A stretch of 64,000 bases of DNA from the NCBI GenBank assembly GCA_965214605.1, contig OZ243961.1, forward strand, positions 3,520,001 through 3,584,000. Direction: 5' to 3'. A program made the translations under genes and the position numbers. Numbering within the stretch: position 1 is the stretch's first letter; every line of letters begins with the position of its first letter. Shown piece by piece: positions 57,838-64,000 of this stretch. The notes under the pieces were generated by a model. It was given only the letters and a program-made list of their open reading frames with translations, was not told the DNA's origin and ran no database searches. Origin of the DNA: an uncultured Candidatus Binatia bacterium (GTDB lineage: Bacteria > Desulfobacterota > Binatia > Bin18).

Positions 57838-58512
57838 CTACGAGGCAGTCATAGCCTGGCGCCTGAGCTCGTTGATTTCGGCGGTGAGGTGCAGACTACG
57901 CAGGCGTAGCCACATGATCCAGGCAAAAAATACCAAGAAGGCACCGCTACATACGAGCAGCGTCCAGGCCATCTGCGGGGCCATGCTTTCGACCTTGGGA
58001 TGAATACCCCGCCACAGGCGTATGGCTATATAGATCAGCGGGATGTTTAAGACCCCCACAAGGCCTAGAACCGCGGCATAGCGGGCAACGTGTTCGGTGT
58101 CGCCGCCAATCTGGCGCAGTAGAAGATAGACGGCATATACGACCCACAGAACAATTGTCATCGTCAGTCGGGGGTCCCAGGTCCACCACACGCCCCAGCT
58201 GGCTTTGGCCCAGACTGAGCCGGTGACGATGAACAGGGTACAAAATAGTAGGCCGACCTCGGCCGCAGCACGGGCGAGCAGGTCGGCCCTGCGCTCGCCC
58301 TTCCACAGGAACGAGACGCTTGCCCCGGCCACGATGAAGAAGCCCACAAACGCGTTCCAGGCCGCGGGCAGGTGATAATAGAAAATGCGTTGCACGACTC
58401 CCAGATGTCTCTCCGTTGGGACGTACAAAAAAATCATGCCCAGGGCGGCCAGCATGGACACACAGCTCAGCCAGGGCAAGACCGTGTCGGCAAATGGGGC
58501 AAATTTTTTCAT
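57838..58512 (-). CDS. ccmC: Heme exporter/cytochrome c biogenesis protein CcmC
   Basis: IFYYHLP, WWD motif WAKASWGVWWTWDPRLT, and IHP. Confidence 0.93.
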   Translation of the reverse strand: MKKFAPFADTVLPWLSCVSMLAALGMIFLYVPTERHLGVVQRIFYYHLPAAWNAFVGFFIVAGASVSFLWKGERRADLLARAAAEVGLLFCTLFIVTGSVWAKASWGVWWTWDPRLTMTIVLWVVYAVYLLLRQIGGDTEHVARYAAVLGLVGVLNIPLIYIAIRLWRGIHPKVESMAPQMAWTLLVCSGAFLVFFAWIMWLRLRSLHLTAEINELRRQAMTAS

Positions 58513-58565
58513 GCATATTTCTCTCAACGACCAGCACCTTGGTCGGCTAGAGTCATGGACTCTCC

Positions 58566-59219
58566 CTACTCATACACCGCCTGCCCAAAGAGCAGCCAGC
58601 CCGCCACCACAAAGACGACATCAAAAGCGACCAAGACCCGCAACCACATCCCCGTCCACTCTCCTCCGCTTAGCAGCGCGCCTGTGGCTTGGACGGTTGA
58701 CAGCAGGAGGGGAACTAAGAGCGGTAGCAACACTAGGGGAAAGAGCACCTCACCGGCTCGGGTGCGCACGGCTAGGGCGGCAAAGACGGTTCCTAGGGCC
58801 GAGAAGCCGACGATCCCGAGTAGGACAATAAGCGGCAGGCCGAGCAAAGACCACGACACCGGTAGACCACACAACAGGATGGTGAGCGGGACGATAACTG
58901 CTTGGACGAACGATAGCAGAATGATATTGCCGAGCAACTTGGCCAAAAAGATGTCGCTTGGTGCAAGGGGACACAGCAGTAGGCCGGACAGACAGCCCCG
59001 CTCCTGCTCGATCAAAAAGGTCCGTTGCAGGCTCAGCATGCCGGCAAACAGTAAACCGATCCATATGAGTGCCGCCCCGATCTCTGGCTTGCGAGCCTGC
59101 TCTGGGCCGAGGGCAAAAACCCACACCAGCACGATCAATACCGCCAGCACCAGGAACGAAGCTAACCGCTCTTTGGTCCGCAGCTCAAGCCGAATATCCT
59201 TCCACACAATCGCCCACAT
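58566..59219 (-). CDS. ccmB: Heme exporter protein CcmB
   Basis: KDIRLELR, F..E...G.L.GL and LLPLLVP motifs. Confidence 0.9.
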   Translation of the reverse strand: MWAIVWKDIRLELRTKERLASFLVLAVLIVLVWVFALGPEQARKPEIGAALIWIGLLFAGMLSLQRTFLIEQERGCLSGLLLCPLAPSDIFLAKLLGNIILLSFVQAVIVPLTILLCGLPVSWSLLGLPLIVLLGIVGFSALGTVFAALAVRTRAGEVLFPLVLLPLLVPLLLSTVQATGALLSGGEWTGMWLRVLVAFDVVFVVAGWLLFGQAVYE

Positions 59220-59223
59220 GCGC

Positions 59224-59946
59224 TCAGTCCCGGTTGCTATATATCCGGCGGCTCGTGAGCGCGGTGTAGATGCCGCTCAACTCGGCGACAGAGGGTGTGT
59301 TCGCCGACTGCCAAACGATACGACCCTGGCTGAGAATCAGGGCCCGGCTACATAGGGCCAGACCGCGCTCAAAATCGTGGCTGCTGAACATGATCGTTTT
59401 TCCGGCCTGTTTGGCCCGCAACAGGGTAGTGTGCAACAGCCGGACCGCCTCGTGATCTAAGCCAGTGTACGGCTCGTCAAGGAGCAGCAAATCCGGCTCG
59501 TGCAACAGGGCGCGGGCCAAGGCTAGCCGTTGTTCCATGCCGTGCGACAGGCTCCGAATCGGCGTTGTAGCCCAGTCTTGTAGGCCGACGTACTCAAGCA
59601 TGGCTTGGATACGAGCCACCACATTGTCGAGGCGATAGGCGTACGCATAAAAGCGCAGATTTTCGAGAGGGGTCAAATCGGGGTAGAGAAAGCTGTCATG
59701 ACCCAGAAAGCCGATACGTCTGCGCACGCGCGGATCGTGGGCCGGCAGCTCGAATAGGTGGAGGCTGCCCAACGACGGTTTGAGTAGGCTGGCCAGGATA
59801 CGCAGCAGAGTCGTTTTACCCGCACCGTTGGGACCAAATATGGCCACCGCTTGTCCGGCTCCAACGGCGCACGAAATACCGCGCAGCACCGGCGTCCAAG
59901 CAAACGTTTTGTGGATATTTTCGGCGGCCACGACACACGCATTCAT
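59224..59946 (-). CDS. ccmA: Heme ABC exporter ATP-binding protein CcmA
   Basis: GPNGAGKT, LTPLENL, LSHGMEQR and LLLDEP motifs; upstream of ccmB. Confidence 0.9.
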   Translation of the reverse strand: MNACVVAAENIHKTFAWTPVLRGISCAVGAGQAVAIFGPNGAGKTTLLRILASLLKPSLGSLHLFELPAHDPRVRRRIGFLGHDSFLYPDLTPLENLRFYAYAYRLDNVVARIQAMLEYVGLQDWATTPIRSLSHGMEQRLALARALLHEPDLLLLDEPYTGLDHEAVRLLHTTLLRAKQAGKTIMFSSHDFERGLALCSRALILSQGRIVWQSANTPSVAELSGIYTALTSRRIYSNRD

Positions 59947-60053
59947 CGCTATACCACCACACACAAAACACCGAACCACAGATCTGACTGCCCGGATTTT
60001 GCTTGACACGAGCCCGGCGGTGTTCTTTCATGGAGTTCAATTAGGGAGGATGT

Positions 60054-60257
60054 ATGACCGGGACAATCAAAAAGATCATCAAGGCGAAGGGCTTTGGTTT
60101 TATCACTCCTGATGAGGGCAATGAGGATGTGTTTTTCCACAGTTCTCGTCTGGCGCCCAAGATATATTTCGAAGACCTGCGTGAGGGAGATGAGGTCGAA
60201 TTCCAGGTCCGGCCTGGCGAAAAAGGTCCCCAAGCGTTTAACCTCAAGATTCGTTAG
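60054..60257 (+). CDS. Cold-shock domain protein
   Basis: RNP1 KGFGFI, RNP2 VFFH, LREGDEVEF and KGPQA; GGGAGGA RBS. Confidence 0.92.
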   Translation: MTGTIKKIIKAKGFGFITPDEGNEDVFFHSSRLAPKIYFEDLREGDEVEFQVRPGEKGPQAFNLKIR

Positions 60258-60561
60258 CCCGACCGGCGTGGCCCTGCCCCAGTCGGTCGAGCCGGGCCAT
60301 AGCTTCTAGTGCCCGGGCTTCGTACTTCTCACGCAGCACGTGATAGTCCTCCTCAGTGAGCTTGCCCGTCTGGAGGTCAAACTCGGCCTCCTTGAGAGCC
60401 GCATAGGCTTGTCTTTTTTGTTCTTCCCAGCGCTCGAGGTCAGGTGTGGTGGCCTGCGACCGGTCGACCAGAGCCGGGGCCGGACGCAGCAGCGGCAGAG
60501 CAATCAGCATGGCGACGCTGGCGATGAGCACCAGACCGGAAAAATATAGGATAAAAGACAT
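60244..60561 (-). CDS. Short CcmI/CycH N-terminal-like membrane protein
   Basis: N-terminal TM ending PLLR, then LKEAEFDLQTGKLTEEDY; lies within the ccm cluster. Confidence 0.65.
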   Translation of the reverse strand: MSFILYFSGLVLIASVAMLIALPLLRPAPALVDRSQATTPDLERWEEQKRQAYAALKEAEFDLQTGKLTEEDYHVLREKYEARALEAMARLDRLGQGHAGRANES

Positions 60562-60601
60562 AGAAGTCTCGCAGCAGGAGGGATACCGATGCTATCCCTG
60601 C

Positions 60602-61060
60602 TCAGCCGTCAAAGTCGGCGAGCTCCTTGTTGAGTTGATCTCGGTAGGCATCTGATGCGACCGGGGCAGTGCGCGGTGCAGGGGGCGGTCTTCGCCTTGC
60701 CCAGCGCAGGCTTGTTACCCCAATCACAAGCCCTCCAATCAGGATGAGCGCAAACGGTGTAACCCAGGCCGCTAGATTAAAGCCGCTGGTGGTGGGAGCG
60801 GATAGCACTTTTTCCCCGTAGTCGGCGACAAACGCGGCCAGAATATCTTCGCGCCCTTTGCCCTCGGCCAGAAATTGGGCGATCTCTTTTTTTCGCGGAA
60901 CGGCAAAACCGCACTGCAGATGGTTACAGCTATGGACCGTCAGCCCGCACCCGCACTGGCAGGTGAGGGCTGCCTCGAGCTCAGTCTGGCTGGGACGAGG
61001 AGTTGCGCCTAGCGTGGTCCCGAAGACGCACAACACGAGGACTAGACGACTAATCCGCAA
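60602..61060 (-). CDS. ccmH: Cytochrome c biogenesis protein CcmH (Cys-rich variant)
   Basis: LTCQCGC...C...C, YGEKVLSAP and AWVTP plus TM; TTG start overlapping the ccmF end. Confidence 0.8.
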   Translation of the reverse strand: MRISRLVLVLCVFGTTLGATPRPSQTELEAALTCQCGCGLTVHSCNHLQCGFAVPRKKEIAQFLAEGKGREDILAAFVADYGEKVLSAPTTSGFNLAAWVTPFALILIGGLVIGVTSLRWARRRPPPAPRTAPVASDAYRDQLNKELADFDG

Positions 61061-63050
61061 CAGCTTCTCCTTCCATGTGTTCGCCAGTGCGGGCCAGCGC
61101 CAGCACCCGGCGTTCAGCCGGGTTGGGGGCCAGGGTGATACAGGTGCCCAGAATGAGGACAAAGCCGCCGATCCAAATCCAGGACAGGAGCGGATTCACA
61201 AAGACCTGAAAGGTTGCCAGCCCCGACGGAGCGTCATAACTGCCCAGCACGACATACAGGTCTTCCAACAGACTGGGGCGGATAGAGACCTCTGTGGTCG
61301 GCTGCTGCTGCTTTTTATAGAGGCGTTTTTCCGGCCGCAGGGTGTCGATGTGGCGTCCGTCCACAAAGACCCTCACGGCGGCGATTTGGGCGGAATAATG
61401 GGCGTCGTCATACGGTATAATGCCAGCGTACTCCAGGCTGTAGCGCCCGACCACAAAGCGCTGTCCGTGCTCCACCGTGCGTTGTTCCTCAAGCTTGAAA
61501 AAGGAAGAGCCAGCGATGCCGATGCTGATCAACACCACACCGACGTGGACCACATAGCCGCCGTAGCGGCGCGGGTTCTTGCTCACCAGTTTCCCCAGTG
61601 CCCGGGGCGAACTCTCGTGCAGCATGGTTTGGCGAGCCCGCGTGCCACGATAAAACTCGGCAACAATGGTGCCCAGCACAAAGCCGGCGATGGAAAAAAC
61701 GGTAACGGCATAGTAGTGGCGATAGCCGAACAGAAAGAAGATCAGCCCGGTCGCCAGCCCCCACACCAGTGGGGTGATGAAGTTTCGCCTCAGGCTCTTG
61801 GGGCTCGCCCGTCGCCAGGCAATGACTGGGCCGACTCCGGTCAGAAACAGCAGCACGACGCCCAGGGGGGCGTTAACCTGATTAAAAAATGGGGGGCCAA
61901 CGGTGATTTTGACTCCCCGCACCCATTCCGAGAGGATCGGAAAAACCGTGCCCCAGAAAGTGGCGAAGGCCAACCCGACAAGGACTAGATTGTTGAGCAG
62001 AAAAGCCGATTCACGGGACAGGATGGAATCTAGCTCGTTGTCGCTTTTGAGCTCGGGTAAACGGTACACCAATAGGCCGAGCGAGCCGGTCAAGATCAGC
62101 ACCAGAAAGACTAGAAAATATGGACCTAAACCGGACTGAGTAAAGGAATGGACCGAAGAGATGACCCCGCTGCGGGTCAAAAACGTCCCAAATATGGTCA
62201 GTGCAAAGGTGAGGATGACCAGGATCATGTTCCACACCTTAAGCATGTTCTTCTTCTCTTGAATCATGACTGAGTGGAGATACGCGGTGGCCGTAAACCA
62301 GGGCATGATGGCGGCATTTTCGACCGGGTCCCAGGCCCAATAGCCACCCCAGCCTAGGACTTCATAGGCCCACCGACCGCCTAGCAGATTGCCCATCGAC
62401 AAGAAAAACCAGGCCGTTAAGGCCCAGCGTCGGGTGGTCTGAATCCACACCGGGCCAAGCTTGCCGGTTGCCAGAGCGGCCATGGCAAACGCAAACGGGA
62501 CAGCGGCGCTGATATACCCCAGGTAGAGTGCCGGGGGGTGGATGGTCATCCAATAGTTTTGCAGCAGGGGATTTAAGTCTGAGCCCTCGGCTGGGGTAAA
62601 CGTCAACCGTTCAAAAGGCGGAGTAATGAAACACAGCAGGCCTAGAAAGAAGAGACTGATCGTCATCAGGCTAGCAGTGACATACGGCATCAACTCTCGG
62701 TTTTTGTCTCGATTTTGGACCTGGACGATGGCGCTAAAACATACCAGGATCAGGGTCCAGAATAGCAGCGACCCCTTTTGGCCGCCCCAAAAGGCGGCAA
62801 GCTTGTACTGGATGGGTAAGGTCGAGCTGGAATAGCTGGCCACGTACTCGACATTAAAATCTTCGGTCAGCAGAGCATGAATCAAGACGGTCGAGGCAAT
62901 GACGACACAGCCGCACACGGCATATACTGCCTGGCTGCCACTGACGACCCACGCCCGGCGTCCTTGCCGCGTTCCCCACAGACTGCTGCCCACGGCATAG
63001 GCCGCCAACACCAGGGCCAGATACAGAGCAAGAGAACCAATATGTGTCAT
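61050..63050 (-). CDS. ccmF: Cytochrome c heme lyase subunit CcmF
   Basis: WGGQKGS, HPP, LGWGGYWAWDPVEN, TRSG..SVHSF and VVHVG motifs. Confidence 0.96.
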   Translation of the reverse strand: MTHIGSLALYLALVLAAYAVGSSLWGTRQGRRAWVVSGSQAVYAVCGCVVIASTVLIHALLTEDFNVEYVASYSSSTLPIQYKLAAFWGGQKGSLLFWTLILVCFSAIVQVQNRDKNRELMPYVTASLMTISLFFLGLLCFITPPFERLTFTPAEGSDLNPLLQNYWMTIHPPALYLGYISAAVPFAFAMAALATGKLGPVWIQTTRRWALTAWFFLSMGNLLGGRWAYEVLGWGGYWAWDPVENAAIMPWFTATAYLHSVMIQEKKNMLKVWNMILVILTFALTIFGTFLTRSGVISSVHSFTQSGLGPYFLVFLVLILTGSLGLLVYRLPELKSDNELDSILSRESAFLLNNLVLVGLAFATFWGTVFPILSEWVRGVKITVGPPFFNQVNAPLGVVLLFLTGVGPVIAWRRASPKSLRRNFITPLVWGLATGLIFFLFGYRHYYAVTVFSIAGFVLGTIVAEFYRGTRARQTMLHESSPRALGKLVSKNPRRYGGYVVHVGVVLISIGIAGSSFFKLEEQRTVEHGQRFVVGRYSLEYAGIIPYDDAHYSAQIAAVRVFVDGRHIDTLRPEKRLYKKQQQPTTEVSIRPSLLEDLYVVLGSYDAPSGLATFQVFVNPLLSWIWIGGFVLILGTCITLAPNPAERRVLALARTGEHMEGEAVAD

Positions 63051-63065
63051 AGGCGTAGGAAGCGC

Positions 63066-63566
63066 TCAGTAACGCGAAGCCACGACTGTGCCGTCCTGCA
63101 AAGCGAACGATAATGTTTTGCTGTTCTGGTGGTTATCCGCGTTCACTTTGTCAATCTCGGCCTCATATTTCGACGGGCAGCTCGTCATAACGGTCGTGGC
63201 CTGCAGCGTGTCTGCTCCAGGGGTATAATGTCCCTCAACGATCACGTCCCGCTCCTCGGCAAACATGTCGGGCAGCACCCCTTGATAGTGAACGGCCAGG
63301 CCTGGCGTATCGGCCAGCTGGCCGTTTTGGTCGACCCCTACCATGGTGAAGTAGAGTGTGAGGTCTTTGGGATCCCAGTTAACAGAACCGCTTTGGACCC
63401 GTCCGGCGACGCGTATGCCAGCGTTTGCCAAGGCTTCCTTTTGTGGCAGAAATTCTTCCAGAGTCAGATAATAGGTGCTCGTTTCACGGATACCAGTATA
63501 CATCAGATAGCCGACCGCACCTACCATGAGCGCTACACCAATCAGAAATTTTCCTCGGGGTGTCAT
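63066..63566 (-). CDS. ccmE: Heme chaperone CcmE (CxxxY type)
   Basis: N-terminal TM; RVAG.V, YQGVLPDMF and VMTSCPSKY motifs. Confidence 0.92.
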   Translation of the reverse strand: MTPRGKFLIGVALMVGAVGYLMYTGIRETSTYYLTLEEFLPQKEALANAGIRVAGRVQSGSVNWDPKDLTLYFTMVGVDQNGQLADTPGLAVHYQGVLPDMFAEERDVIVEGHYTPGADTLQATTVMTSCPSKYEAEIDKVNADNHQNSKTLSFALQDGTVVASRY

Positions 63567-63684
63567 CACCTCACAGCTACCTTATTTTCTTTTTCCACGC
63601 AAGCAAGTGGCTCGCCGGATTGATTGACTTTCCAATCGTCATTCTATATGTGGGTGGAGTCTATACGCGTCTCCTAGGAGTTCT

Positions 63685-64000
63685 ATGTTTGAAGCGCTAA
63701 GTGAAAAGTTGGACGTTGTTCTGCGCCGTGTGCGCGGGCCGGGAAGACTGACCGAAAAGAACATTGAGCAGGCTTTACGTGAGGTGCGGCTGGCGCTGCT
63801 CGAAGCCGATGTGAATTTTCGGGTGGTTCGAGACTTTATTGAGCGGGTCAAGAATCAGGTCTTGGGCCAAGAGATCACGGCCAGCCTGTCGCCCGGCCAG
63901 CAGCTGGTCAAGGTCGTCAACGACGAGCTGATCGTTTTGCTAGGCGGCCAGCACACCGAGCTGAACCTGTCGGCCGCTCCACCGATCGTGATTTTGCTCG
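63685..64000 (+). CDS. ffh: Signal recognition particle protein (5' part; runs off window edge)
   Basis: Manual translation MFEALSEKLDVVLRRVRGPGRLTEKNIEQALREVRLALLEADVNFRVV...SPGQQLVKVVNDEL. Confidence 0.95.
   Translation, partial: MFEALSEKLDVVLRRVRGPGRLTEKNIEQALREVRLALLEADVNFRVVRDFIERVKNQVLGQEITASLSPGQQLVKVVNDELIVLLGGQHTELNLSAAPPIVILL

Noticed and set aside
58372-61988. Long + strand ORFs (327 aa and 376 aa) over ccm genes
   Set aside because: Antisense to well-supported ccmB/ccmF/ccmH genes and not protein-like.
1-64000. CRISPR array, integrase, transposase, prophage or rRNA
   Set aside because: No regularly spaced repeats or matching protein motifs were seen by eye; short or degenerate elements could have been missed.

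Overview
High-GC bacterial chromosome segment. Gene content and order look deltaproteobacteria-like (possibly Binatia/Desulfobacterota; inference only). Housekeeping blocks are thiS-thiG-thiE-tRNA-Thr, purH-purD, aroQ-accB-accC, mfd-surA-pdxA-PMM, a ccm cytochrome c maturation operon and the start of ffh. Accessory modules lie between them. (1) A six-gene orphan pterin/GTP-derived pathway (CDP-alcohol phosphotransferase, RibA-RibD-reductase fusion with apparently altered catalytic residues, MDR dehydrogenase, non-canonical PTPS, GT4, methyltransferase) sits beside a Na+/solute symporter and inositol-3-phosphate synthase. (2) A large envelope transport locus (DUF1302, two paralogous RND/MMPL proteins of which one lacks the proton-relay motifs, a YCF48-like propeller, two DUF1329 proteins, a GldAFG-like ABC system) has a MobA-MoaD fusion and a tungsten-type aldehyde oxidoreductase embedded in it. 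(3) Tandem RRM genes lie behind a promoter-terminator leader. (4) An AT-richer insert carries a frameshifted YprA/MrfA-like helicase. (5) The ccm operon combines a CxxxY CcmE, a Cys-rich CcmH and an antisense cold-shock gene. Several decayed gene remnants are visible. No CRISPR array, integrase, transposase or rRNA was seen. All calls come from motif recognition by eye, not database searches.
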